A DNA stretch of 63,984 bases, filler included, from Choristocarpus tenellus KU-1152 (Eukaryota; Protista; Phaeophyceae): assembly GCA_964200185.2 (NCBI GenBank). It is 12 parts of 12 records of this genome, joined end to end, with 100 filler letters (N's around TTAATTAATTAA, not from the genome) between each part and the next. Parts side by side here need not be neighbours in the genome. Positions count along the whole stretch, not along the records: positions 52,606 to 55,226 come from CAXNAD020026199.1; positions 55,327 to 58,128 come from CAXNAD020024621.1; positions 58,229 to 61,170 come from CAXNAD020023482.1; positions 61,271 to 63,984 come from CAXNAD020025376.1; 8 more parts are not named here. One strand, written 5' to 3'. The translations under genes and the position numbers were made by a program. This document shows positions 52,601 to 63,984 of the stretch, one piece after another. Position 1 is the stretch's first letter. The number at the start of each line of letters is the position of its first letter. Below the pieces are notes generated by a model that worked only from the letters and a program-made list of their open reading frames with translations, was not told where the DNA came from and made no database searches.

Positions 52601-54079
52601 NNNNNCTTACATGTACGATGCATTCGATTCAGGTTTCGACAGGTTATGAGCCTCAACACTTGATCGACACATACAACAACACATTTGCCCGACCTTGTCT
52701 TGTACTTCCACCAACTACATACTAGACAGATCCACTATACCGCCATTGAACGCAAGCTAACACCACCTATTTCCCCTGGCGATGACTCTCCCTGAAACGT
52801 GTTTGAACTCTGCTTCGTGAGCATCTGGAGCTGTGTGAACCCTTCGGGCCCAGCGAGTTTTGATCCAGCGGGCTTCTCGTCTGTTCACCACTGCTACTCC
52901 ACCTACCATTCCATAAGAAGAAGTTGACGACCAGCTGTTAGGCAGTCTCGTTACTACCTGCCACGGACCTGCACAAGACCTTCACAGACTCCAGCAGGGG
53001 GCAATAATCCCGACAGGTGTCTCTTACGCCTCTGCAAGACTAAAAGCTGAGTTGGGGACCCCTTGGCCTTACTCCTACTGATCGAGCTCTCCACTGCAGC
53101 TACTGTCACCAACATGGACACCGCCCTGCGCCATTTGCCAAACTGTCCTCCTGTCCCCACCTCCCTACCACCCAATGCCCCCACCCCACCACCAATCACG
53201 ACCAAGCACACACTCACAGTACAAGACACACCCGCAACCGACCTCACCACAAACATACCTCACCCTGGCTACGCAGCTCCTCACCTGGCTAATCCCTCCT
53301 GTCAAACACACCACCCACCACCTCTTGTCTCACCCTTTTTATCCCCGCCGATCCCATCAGTGCCCCTGGCATGGGGAACCTCCATCTCCCTACGCATTGG
53401 CGAGTCACCTTCACTGGACTGTTGCAGTAACACTCATCATCACCTGTCCCATTATCCTTCCGGTACAAATAGACTGGCGTTCAACAAGTGAATTGACCAG
53501 ATTGCAATCATCCCTTGACACCGCTGTCCCTATTATAACCTCTACAACGTTGTGAAAATATGTCCACAAGGTTTTTCGTTGACGCGGTCACCCTCTCCCA
53601 TGCTATTTCCTTGTTCGGACTTCGTCCCACCCCAACGAGAGAGCCAATATCTCCGAAACGAAGTGGAGCGATTCCCGAACTTGGTCCCAGCAAAATATTG
53701 CTTGAGAATATTGTCATGGAGGCCTTGGGTGCATGTTGAAAAGCTTGGCGCACATAAGGCTCGTCGCCGGAAGCTAGCAGTTGAATTACATGGTAAAGCA
53801 TACACTGAATTATTATTTATCTGCAAGGTATTGTCCACTTGATGCTATTGTCCCACTAATGTCCCACTAACTCAACATAACATACCGCTGTGTACGTTAC
53901 TACCTTGTATTGTACTAAATTAAAGATCAACGTACATACAAGCTTTGTTGTTTACTTGGATCAGCACAGATAACGTAAGGATAGCACTAGGTTATTCGAC
54001 AGTGCAATCCTTAATTGGCAAGACGAACGCCCATCCAAAGTGATCGTGAACTATTTACCAGTCACACTACTGTGTTCCC

Positions 54080-55226
54080 TGCAGTGTACCTGGAGCAATT
54101 GCGATTGGAGCAGGAATCCGAGTTCGGACCATATTTCAGGTATTTGCAGTTCCCCAACGTCGCCCCACCACCTGATAAGGAATAGATGACATATATGTGG
54201 TATTTTTTCCTTCATAATGACTTGCTACATCGTTCGCATTTATCAGACCATCTTCGTAAGAGGAGTACGTTTAGAGACCAGTTCGTCGTTTCTCGCTCGT
54301 TAGTCCGTCTTGTACTCCATGGTTGCCATGACCACGCATTGTCTGGAGGTCACTTAGGTTTCAAACCCACGTTCGATAAGGTTAGAGACTCATATTGGTG
54401 GCCAACATTCAATATCGACGTTTGCACATGGTGTGGTGATTGTCAAGTATGCCAAACGCGTAAGACTGCTCACAACAAAGCTACGCTTTTCACTGGCCAT
54501 ATGCCCGTTGACGGACCATTTCAACGTGTTGCTATTGATTTGGTAGAGTACAAACACGTTCCCCAGTAGCAAATGGTGTGATGTGCTCGTATGTGTTGTC
54601 TGCCATTGATCACCTCACTCGTTTTGTTGTGCTGAACCCTATTCCAAATAAAGAGGCTGCAACAATTGCTCGTATGCTGGTAGAACGTGTATTTTCAATT
54701 TTCGGTCCACCCGGGTTGATACACCCCGATCAAGGTACCGAATTTGAAAACAGTATAGTTGCAGAGTTGCAATCTGTCTTTGGTTACAAGAAAACCAAAA
54801 CCACACCGTATCACCTCCAAGGAAATTCTGTGTTAGAGAGAGTACATGCTACGTAGCATTTCTACGCTAGCAATGTATATCTCTGTTGCTGAGGATAACT
54901 GGGCATCCTTCCTGCCTTTCGTACAGTTAGCCCATAACACAGCATTCAGTGCAAAGTTGCATGAAACCCCATTTTCCCTTCTGTTTGGAAGACAAGCTGG
55001 TTTACCAGTTGACATTATCCTTGGTTTCGTCTAATGCTGATTCAGATGTCACTACCGAAGAGTTTACTCAGCAAACCAAAGATAATATACAGCTTGTGTT
55101 TGAGTTGGCACGTCGTAACCTCCATGAATGTGTTAAAAATCAGGAGCGTGCCAACCAACGTCTCGTGTTCTCCGTTTTCTTATCTGGTGATCAAGTTCTA
55201 GTCCATAGGCCACATGAGAGTACTGA
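54080..55226 (+). mobile_element. pol: Ty3/gypsy integrase region (degenerate pol), cut by contig end
   Basis: HHCC zinc finger (CHD...GGHLG...YWWP...CQVCQ) and DDE core (VAIDLV...IDHLTRF...DQGTEF...PYHLQGNSVLER), then W...LPFVQLAHNT...TPFSLLFGR; stops and frameshifts. Confidence 0.95.
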
Positions 55227-55723
55227 NNNNNNNNNNNNNNNNNNNNNNNNNNNNNNNNNNNNNNNNNNNNTTAATTAATTAANNNNNNNNNNNNNNNNNN
55301 NNNNNNNNNNNNNNNNNNNNNNNNNNAGTATAAAGATGGAGAGGGGGGGGGGGGGGGGGGGGTGACTGGGATGTTTCTGTCATGTGAAGACTCTTATCAA
55401 GAGATGGATGAAGACCTCACAAACATCACTTTGGGTACACAATCATACAGCATCAAAGCCCATTTATGCTGAAGTGGCAAGAACTACTTTTATACACACA
55501 AACATGCTCATGTCAATATAAAGCATTCTCAGGATGGAGAGGCTTGCTTAGTTCTTAATAACATTGTCCTTGACTTATCCTTCCAAAGAAGAAACCTCTC
55601 AGCTCCATCACACAGCCACACCAACAATCAGAGTAGCATGCCTGTGGAAAGGGGTGGGTGGGGAACGACTGCCTAAGACTCTGCAAGAGCAGGTGCAACA
55701 CCAAAATCGGTCCCACCCCTTGC

Positions 55724-55882
55724 CTTCACGCAGGCCATGAGAATGTTCTCTGTTGCCATGAAGGGAAGCTCAGAATTGACACGGGTTTGGACCACCCCAG
55801 GCCAAACATGCATTCCGTCCCCAATGTTGGTGAGGAGTGTCACAATGACATCCGCGGCTAGGAAGCCCTCCGGAAGGTACAT
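55724..55882 (-). CDS. ADSL: Adenylosuccinate lyase exon (MYLPEGFLAAD...ELPFMATENILMACVK)
   Basis: Matches the conserved ELPFMATENI motif; AAG acceptor; probable GC donor AAG|GCAAGG. Confidence 0.93.
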
Positions 55883-56779
55883 CTTTTTTGGGGCAGGGGA
55901 GGATAAAATGGGTTAGCGACAACACAGGGTAGTGTATGTACAGGGTACAGGGTACAGAAGCGAGGGGGGTGTAGAGTGGGCGACAGTGGGTTTGAACGCA
56001 TGTCGGGGGAGGCGAGGTATGTGCCAGAGTATCATGGGCTCAAATCGTACTCTTGGAATCCAAGTACCATTCAAGATTCAATTGAGATGAGAAAGCGATT
56101 ATACTTCAAGAGTACACAGTTACCTGTCTTGAAGATGGTGGATGAACCTTCAAGTGCGTAAGATCAACAGGGTCAGTTGGTCCTCAGTGGGGATTGGTAC
56201 CGTGCCAGAAAGACATCAGGCGTTTGTACACAAGAGTGAGATGAGATAAGCATTTCAAACATCTAACATCCTGCTCAAAGACATACTCCATCAACAACAC
56301 GAAATAGAACCTCTCTCCAGCCTTTCTTGGGTGAAGCATTTTCTATTTTCACACTCTCTGGACCGCAGAATGACTTGATTGAAGTCCACAAAAAAGGTGT
56401 ATACCCTACCACAGGCCTGTGAGCGAATCAATACGCATGTATCAGTATGTGACACAAGGATCACTCAAAGAACCTTCAAAGCACAAGCAAGTGCCATCGT
56501 GCTTCCCTTCCTCCCAGTAGTTGCACTCATCCTTCTGTACTTGCACAGACAGCGCAAATGTCAAGAGGTACACTACTCAGGTCTGACACCGGTACTGCCA
56601 TAGGCACAAGTGGTCAAGACACACCCACAACGCACACAACCCCCCCCCCCCTCAAGCACAAAGTGCCAAACAGTACCTCTTCACATCAATACAAAATCGC
56701 AAATCGTGCACACTCCATCCGAGCAACAAACCAGACATCACATTGCACACACACACACCTCTCACAAACCAACACCCAC

Positions 56780-56833
56780 AACAGAACAGAACAGAACAGA
56801 ACAGTACAGCACAGCACAGCACAGCACAGCAGC
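56780..56833. repeat. (ACAGA/ACAGC)n pentanucleotide repeat in an ADSL intron
   Basis: Tandem units visible. Confidence 0.85.
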
Positions 56834-57003
56834 AAAAACAACTTGACCAAACCATCCAACCACTAAAGTATCACAGACAGTACCATCACACCACACTCAC
56901 ACGACAAAAAAAGGTACAGTCCATTGCATCACAGAGGTATCCCGTGCCGTACACTCCATTCCCACACATCGCAAGTCAACTCTCTCTTATCTCTCTCTCT
57001 TAC

Positions 57004-57159
57004 CCGGCGAATAGCACTGTCGTCAAGTGTCCGTTCCAGCCACTGTGCAGCATGCGTCTGCGCAGCCATTGCAGGTAGCCCCATCAGGTAGCGTGCCAGC
57101 GAACAAGTCCGTTCACACCGCATGGGGTTGCGCTTGTATGCCATGGCACTCGACCCTAT
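57004..57159 (-). CDS. ADSL: Adenylosuccinate lyase exon ([12 protein letters not shown]...[14 protein letters not shown])
   Basis: Fumarate-lyase superfamily signature GSSAMxYKRNP; CAG acceptor, GTAAGA donor, 52 codons. Confidence 0.96.
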
Positions 57160-57614
57160 CTGCTTATCACGGCACCCGCATTAAGGCCCCCCCACGTGTG
57201 TAGTGTATGTGTATGTGTATGTATAGATGCGTGTGAGTGCGCACACACACAAACAAAGTCAACAGTAAAATAAAATAAAACAAAACAAACACACACCCAA
57301 AAAAAACCATGTAGCGAAAGTCTCCATACACAGCAGTAGGATGTAAATGCAGTTTACAATAGAGGGGCGATCTGATAGGGGAAGAGGGACGTTAGGGTTC
57401 ATCACCAAAGGGGGTGAGTGTAAAGGAAACAGGTATGGGGGGGGGGGCTTTCAGTATTAAAAGGCATTGGCAACGATGATGAAGACATCATAACACCCAA
57501 GAGTACACAGAAGTATCTTGGGGGTCCTTCAATACGAATGAACGCCCAATAAAATTATATAACTCCACTCATTTCTTTTGTTCATAAACAGGACTGTAAT
57601 ACGATGAACCAAAC

Positions 57615-57722
57615 CTGGGTCTTGGCGAAGGGTTCTTCCACCTCCTTGAGGTTTGCAAGCAGGCGCACGTCCCCACACATCTTGTAGGCCGACTGCGCGA
57701 TTCCGCTGAGAACTGTCAGCAC
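57615..57722 (-). CDS. ADSL: Adenylosuccinate lyase exon (VLTVLSGIAQSAYKMCGDVRLLANLKEVEEPFAKTQ)
   Basis: Poly-T plus TAG acceptor, CAG|GTTTGG donor, 36 codons; DxRLLANLKExEEPF motif. Confidence 0.95.
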
Positions 57723-58329
57723 CTAACAAAAAAAAAAAAGCGGAGCCCACACAAGCAAAAGGAAAAAAAAGGGACTGAGCACCATAACTGTCATTATCGT
57801 TGTTACAATTCTAGACCAAACAAATCTCACTCTCTTCTCAGATGAGCTAATCTAAGGGTGATATCTCTCACTCAAAAGGCAGGTTCAGGAAACAGGACAA
57901 AAAGATGAACAATCCCCCCACCCTACTCCCCCTATGATCCATGATCTAAGACCACCTTTAAATCACCAGTCTAAGAGTATTGTAGAGTTGTGAACATATT
58001 TAGAAAAAAAATCCTCGTACTATTTTATTTATTTATCATTCCTCGACCCTTGTATGCCGAGATATTGATAGAACCAATGCAGACCACATTGCTATGTCCC
58101 TCTCAGTACTCTCTTCTACGCTCCCCCCNNNNNNNNNNNNNNNNNNNNNNNNNNNNNNNNNNNNNNNNNNNNTTAATTAATTAANNNNNNNNNNNNNNNN
58201 NNNNNNNNNNNNNNNNNNNNNNNNNNNNCCCCCCCAGATACTTTGACCCTCCCTTCTCCCCTTTTCCCCATCCATCCCCTCGTGCCCCCCACCTACACAT
58301 CCCACTGTCTTCCCACCTCCTCTACATCG

Positions 58330-58794
58330 AGAAGGAAAGGAGACTATTCCTCGCCACCATCACCAACTGTAGCAGTCAGAGCAAAGGAGAAAATTAGAGT
58401 GGAGGACAACCGGGTTGTTGTGGATCGGAATGAGAGAGTGGAGAAGAAAGAACAAGTGCCAAGGTGGAGAAAGGCCGGGGCAGGGGGATCCGCCTTGGCA
58501 GAAAAAGCGAGGAATGAGAGTCATGGCCCATGGACAGGAGAAGGGTCCAGCAGGGTGGGAAGACGTCGAGAAACAGGCTCTCTGGAAAGAGTTGAAGTTG
58601 GGGCGGAAGACACCCGAAGGCGAGGGGACTTGAACAGTGGAGAAGACCCAGGGTTGGGTCGGGGAAATAACATGGGGTTCACTTCGAAGGAGAGAAGAGT
58701 CAAATTAGACAAGGACAGGGGATATGGGAGGGACGGGGGCGTTGGTGATGGTGTGGCGTGTGGGCCAGCGCGAGTTGAGGCTCTGGAAAGTAAG
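58330..58794 (+). CDS. Large low-complexity exon of an unknown coiled-coil protein (5' boundary approximate)
   Basis: Open frame of ORF 58243-58842; AAG|GTGGGT donor; ARVEALESK continues in phase into the exon at 59181. Confidence 0.5.
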
Positions 58795-59180
58795 GTGGGT
58801 ATTTATTTATTTTCTGTTTCTTTTGTTTTGGGCTTGGGTTAGGGTTTTGAAACTATATCATATCTCAAAACAACGGGATGAGAATATTATATTTCCCATT
58901 GATCTGCCTAAGGACTCAGCCAATCTTGGAAGCGGTGGAGGTGGACTATTGTATTGGTTTCAAGGGTTTCCTCAACTTGTAGCAAAGTATCCAAGTGCAT
59001 TACGTGGGTGTTCATGAGCAACAGGAAATCCTGTTCTGTCTCTGTGTGGGTTTTCCTCCTTGCTTGCATTGTCATGTACACACTTGTGCGCCTCCTTGTG
59101 AACTTGCAAAGTATTCAATGTATCCCAAGAGACCCTTGCCAATTTTGAGATTGATTGTTCACATCCTCTTTCGAGTGCAG

Positions 59181-59294
59181 GTGTTGGAGCTGGAAGGTGC
59201 TCTTTCCATGAGCAGATCTGATCTGGACAATCTCAAGGAAGAAAAAAAGCAAGCAGAAAACGATGCCAATGTAGCAGTTCGTCAGGTCAAAGAG
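59181..59294 (+). CDS. Coiled-coil exon (VLELEGALSMSRSDLDNLKEEKKQAENDANVAVRQVKE)
   Basis: tgcAG acceptor, GAG|GTACTG donor, 38 codons, heptad pattern. Confidence 0.7.
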
Positions 59295-60548
59295 GTACTG
59301 TAACAGATTTTTTGCAGTTTTTCCTGCCTTAAACAGACGTTTTGGTAAAGGTCGGACATACAATTTGTTGCAGTTAAGCAGAGCATGAAGTGGGGGGGGA
59401 AAAGCGATACATAAGGTGGAATTGAGTTGAAACATTGTTCTGTGGTAGCAATCCGAAACCCGACCCTTCGCCTGTTGCCATGCTTGCTTCCTATGGCACA
59501 CACCCTGGACAGTGCAACATTCAACATCAGTGTTGTCCTCCAAAAAACTGGATCAATCTCTGCTTCAATTTACAGCATTGCGGTCAAAGGCGAATGCTCA
59601 CAGTTAATTTGATGTGCAATTGGATAACGTTTTTATTTAGCCCATGTTCTCTATGTTGCAGAATGTCTAAGACAACACTTGAATCTGTGCCCCTCGTAAA
59701 AAAAAAAGGATGTATAGAATCCCAAGTCGTGATGCTGAAATCTGTAGGTCAATTCCTTCTCAGTTATGTTGTAGTAGGTACAAAGTTGGAGCAAGAAGCA
59801 CCATTGAGGCGGGGGCAGGAGGGCGGTAGACCTTTCACTCTTCCCTGATCACTAATAACTCATCACTCAATCTTTGTTACTGGCTACAACATTCCTTTTC
59901 CAGGCTTGTCCTTATGATACTGCAATAACCTGGATATTGTTCTCTTAATCGCTCAACAGAAAGATTGCTATCAACTAACCAGTTATCCAACAGTTCTCCA
60001 ACGACATTCTAATTGCCTAACAACTGAATGTTTCCTTAGGAAGTATTTCCCCTCTTGAATTTAAAGCACTATCTTGACACAAAGATTGGAGCCTGTATTG
60101 TTGATCATTTCAATTGTCCATGCCAACGTTTGAAGACCGACCGCTTGCTCTACAGACAATGCCCATTGTCCAGGGCAGCCTGCACCCTCCGTAAAAAAAG
60201 CTCTTCAGAACAATTGCCGTAAGTATTGACTGTAAAAATTTTTCGTTTTGGGAATTGCACATGGTGCAGAGCGTTCCTGATGGTGATGTCATGCTGTGAA
60301 CGTTTATGATAGACACGAATTCCACACCTAACCTTTCCACTGATATTTTACAGTAGGGCATTGCACATTTACAGCATTTCCTGATGGGAAAGACATTTTG
60401 CACCCCACAGAACGTTTACGTAGGAATATAAGGCCAACACAGAACGACTGGATTGACATAGAGTGTTTATGTTCCCAAGTACCATTTAAGCACATAATGT
60501 GGGCGCACCTTCATGTGGTATATTAAAAAAAAAGTCTGCATTCAGCAT

Positions 60549-60855
60549 CTACACTGTCCGTGAAACATGTCTCGTCCAAGACTTCACACTCAGAGTCCAT
60601 TTACTCTATAATGTACTATTCCAGGATAATGCTTTGAGTCCGTATCCTCTGTAGTGTATATCGTACGGGAAAGCCTTTGGAGTCCATTTTTCCTGTGACA
60701 TATGCTGTCCAGGATAACACTGCAAGCCCGCATGCTATACAAGATATGTTGTCTAGGGCAACACTTGGGGCCCATTTATCCTCTAGCGTCTGCGTTCCGA
60801 GACAACACTTGGAGTCCGTTTTTTTCCGTAAGGCTCGTTGTCTGGCACTATACTT
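60549..60855. repeat. Diverged tandem array, 44-bp period, 6-7 units
   Basis: RRGYCC anchors at 60593, 60636, 60680, 60724, 60768 and 60812; conserved block TCCAGGAYAACACTTGGAGTCC. Confidence 0.8.
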
Positions 60856-61121
60856 CATCGCCTGTAACAACCAAATATTCGAGCTGTGATACAATAAAAC
60901 GCTATCTGTCCGAGGTGTGCAAAGGTGTGAGTGCTGGTCTGGTCCTAGCAAAAAGGTTGACGTTTTTTCAAATGGCGGGTGTACATCTCTTCAAGGGACC
61001 CCCAAGACTAAGGTCAAAGCCATTTTTCTCTGTGGGAGCTATTACTGTACTTGAGTATGCCTTGTGATAGCTCTGAAGGTCACTGTAATGTGGAAGGTGA
61101 CTGTGCTCCCTGTATTTTATT

Positions 61122-61170
61122 GGCTCAAAGTATCTATGGGGGGGGGGGGTGTCTACACCAGGGTGTCCAT
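61122..61170 (+). mobile_element. MITE family B, left end (cut by contig end)
   Basis: ggctcaaagtatctatggggg...gtctacaccagggtgtccat. Confidence 0.8.
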
Positions 61171-61290
61171 NNNNNNNNNNNNNNNNNNNNNNNNNNNNNN
61201 NNNNNNNNNNNNNNTTAATTAATTAANNNNNNNNNNNNNNNNNNNNNNNNNNNNNNNNNNNNNNNNNNNNAGCTTGGACTACTGAAGACG

Positions 61291-61466
61291 AGGAGGGGGG
61301 GGGGGTCTACACCACTACACCAGGGTGTCCATTTGAACCATAACCAGGAAAAGTGCACTTACATTTATACATCCGACGTATGCAAACCAAATGACCCAAA
61401 AACTGCCACATGGAAAAAATTGTCCCCAAACGGACAGCCGTCACTTCCCCCCAGATACTTTGGGTC
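61291..61466 (+). mobile_element. MITE family B copy lacking the left terminus
   Basis: Colinear with 24999-25174; ends ccccagatactttgggtc. Confidence 0.85.
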
Positions 61467-62379
61467 TCACATATACAATATCCAGCAGAGTTTCCTCAGT
61501 CCCTGGAGACAGTGCCCTCCATGTGCCCGTGAAGTAACCAGATCGAGGTAGCTGCATGCTCACTCCGAACGCATTGAATACAATGGCAGTCTCGTAATAA
61601 CCATAGATAGGAAGCTTTCCTGCTGGTATCTCGCGCGGATAATCTATAAATTGACACTCAGCTGCCTCCTGGAGATTTATCTCTACTTGTTATGGAAGCC
61701 TGATGTACCCCACAAAGACCGATAATATTTCTAATACGGATATCAAAATGGCATCTCCGAATCCCTATGTACACTGTTATGTGGTCCTGGCTACCTAGAC
61801 AGTCGAAAACAGAATTCAATATAGAAGAAGTTTGGCGTCGGACCAAGGAACTCAATCGGGGAACGATATGGGGTTGACGGTAAAACTACAGGATCCAACC
61901 TGGTCAGTATTCATTATCGTTATACCCCTGTGGTAGGTAGGATCTTGATTGATCAAACAAACCTTTTGAACACGATTGTGATAGCAATTTGTCACTCTAA
62001 ATGTATGTTTGAAGTGACCGTATGTTGCAAGGTATAGCTCAGTTCAGCTCAGAGTATATGTTCCTCCTGATGACATCAGCAAATTTCTTGCAGATGTGAC
62101 GTCAACATCAGGAAGTTGAGTGGAGCTTCCAAGCCCTATCCACTCAGTCACTTCTCTTCGGAGTAACCTCCTTAGCCTTGACTATCCTTCCTCCTTGTCT
62201 CTCTCTTTTCCAGATCTCCTTGTGGATCTTCCAGCTATCCCGTCCTTTATGTAGAATCTGTCTGTCGGTTTCCGTCTGTTTGGCATATAAAAAGTCAATG
62301 TAACCTTGATTTTGTTGATCTTTTCTGTTTTCCCTATCCAGATACACCTGCAAAATGCTAGTGGGTATAATAATAGCGA

Positions 62380-63140
62380 TCTATTTTTCACTACGTTGGC
62401 TGGGGATGATTCTGACCTGTGTTCAGAGGTATTACACATTGCACTACTCCTCGTACAAACTACTAACTGGTGCACTACGATTAATTGTGTTGCCCCAGTT
62501 CCTGCCTTGCTTCTCGCGCATTGGGTTCAACACTCTCATTTGGTCGTTGCTCAATCTCCACCCTCAAATCTTCTGTTGGACCCACCCCGAAGCTTCCATC
62601 TCAATCTTGGCCCAGCATTTTGTGGAATAGCCACAAACAGGATAGTAAAGGGGATTGTATGCACCTATAGGTGTACAATCCGTTTGTTGTGTTTGCTAAG
62701 TGGAATTGGATTATCGAAACCAGATCTATGTGAAAACAAACCTGGCGTCGAAGGGGTTTGAATGAGCTAAATTTATTCAGGTGGTCCCCGCCTTAAAACA
62801 ATATCATATCACTATTACCATCACATTAGTTGGGGATGATCCCGATGTGTGGTCAGAGACGCTGCTCCTCATGGTACTGACAAGTTGTTACACTGCGACT
62901 ATTTGTACTCCCTCTGTTCCTGGCTTGCCTCTCACGTGTTTGTTTCAGCACTCCCACCACTCGTCGCTTCATGAGTACAACAAGAAGACTTGAAACGTGG
63001 CTGATCTTCTGAGGTGGAATTATAATCCTCCCTTAGGTCTTCTGTTGGATCCATCAGGAAGTTTCCATCTTGATGTTAACATTGCGTTCTCGTGACATAG
63101 CACAGAAACGATAGTAGTTTAGGTATACAATTCGTTGTGG
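62380..63140. repeat. Old tandem duplication (~430-470 bp unit, 2 copies), probably of coding origin
   Basis: tggggatgat at 62401 and 62831; tcttctgttgga at ~62569 and ~63038; translations align (LAGDDSDLCSE/LVGDDPDVWSE; LLLDPPRSFHL/LLLDPSGSFHL). Confidence 0.75.
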
Positions 63141-63420
63141 TTGCCACATGTGCAATAGCATAATCGAAGACAAAAATCGGTCAAAATGAGTGTCTAAGTG
63201 ATCGAATGTTGTGAGTTAGCATCCCCATAATGATCGTAGTACTGTTATAAATATATTGGATATAGAAATAAATGGACTAGAGAGGCAATTATAGGATATT
63301 TGGGTGCTTACGATATCGAATTAACGTTTTCCCTGACATATCTGCAGAATGTGAGAGGGAATAATAGTATAGATATCTTGGTTCGAATTTGATTAGGTAC
63401 ATTTCTTGTCTGTCCGATTC

Positions 63421-63876
63421 GGGTCAAAGTATCTGGTGGGGGGGGGTGCTGGCGTCCGTTTTTGACCATTCAACCGAAAACCTACGCCTATACTTGTACT
63501 GTACACTCCTAGGATCAGACCAGTCTTGATTTGTTTGCCCAACGAGTTAAACGACGATCAGCATATCGAATGAAAGCTCTTGATCTAAGCTATCGATTTC
63601 CGGAGAGGAATTATTTCGGAAGATTATTTTAGGAAGGTTAAATGTTAACCGAATGTTTTCGGCACAACCTTGAAAATGTTTCGGAATGGATCATCATCAC
63701 GACCAAAAATACTTTTGAGAAACAATTTATTTGGGTAAATCGATAGCCTAGATCCAGAGCTTTCATGTGATATGCTGATCGTCGACTAACTCTTTGGGCT
63801 ACCTTTTAAACAAAATCAAGATTGGTAACCGCCAAAAAGGTAGGTGGACGAACCTCGGCTTAATACTGTTTAAGCC
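63421..63876. mobile_element. Foldback-type element with a family-B-like terminus and long internal inverted arms
   Basis: Starts GGGTCAAAGTATCTGG; arms 63520-63599 and 63737-63825 are near-perfect reverse complements; flanks ATTC/AATC. Confidence 0.7.
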
Positions 63877-63984
63877 AATCACAGGACTCTGTGAATTGAA
63901 TCCGATAGAGATGGTCTGGGGGCGGGTGAGGCACTATGTACGAGGTCGCTGTGACTACACGTTGCCTGGAATGAGAGCCAACAT

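Noticed and set aside
52606-53840. Cytosine methyltransferase domain inside the gypsy pol (LLENI resembles ENV)
   Set aside because: FxGxG, PC and QxRxR motifs are not found in order; the match is likely chance.
60549-60855. Bona fide CRISPR array
   Set aside because: Eukaryotic context, repeats too divergent, intervening segments mutually similar and no cas genes; kept only as a tandem array finding.
61122-61330. Apparent overlap between adjacent contig ends (ctacaccagggtgtccat)
   Set aside because: Both ends lie in high-copy MITE B poly-G tracts where assemblies break, and the upstream flanks differ.
62030-62060. tRNA D-arm-like TAGCTCAGTT
   Set aside because: No T-arm or acceptor stem follows.

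Overview
This is not a contiguous locus. It is 12 short contigs of a repeat-rich eukaryotic genome, joined by 11 artificial 100-bp linkers (N44-TTAATTAATTAA-N44, stops in all six frames). Intron-rich genes, interstitial TTAGGG repeats and the look of the Copia, Gypsy and RTE proteins suggest a stramenopile, probably a brown alga or close relative (inference). Host genes recognisable by hand are fragments: two exons of RAB3GAP1 (343-2430), three exons of adenylosuccinate lyase (55724-57722, minus strand), a two-exon C-terminus of an unknown gene, exons of coiled-coil proteins, and two decayed protein-kinase genes. One intact, intronless gene encodes a secreted, strongly cationic 8-Cys protein (27884-28279). 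Mobile DNA includes a Ty1/copia with an internal RT deletion and a 3' LTR, a Ty3/gypsy integrase, an RTE-type LINE, a mariner-type transposase C-terminus, and an abundant set of MITE/foldback elements that share the terminal motif N5-AAAGTATCT and 4-bp TSDs. The most interesting candidates are the cationic Cys-rich protein, a 44-bp-period array with a conserved hairpin (60549-60855), the Sola-like MITE set, a multicopy orphan ORF, and a CpG-decay signature implying cytosine methylation. None can be called a proven new system from sequence alone.
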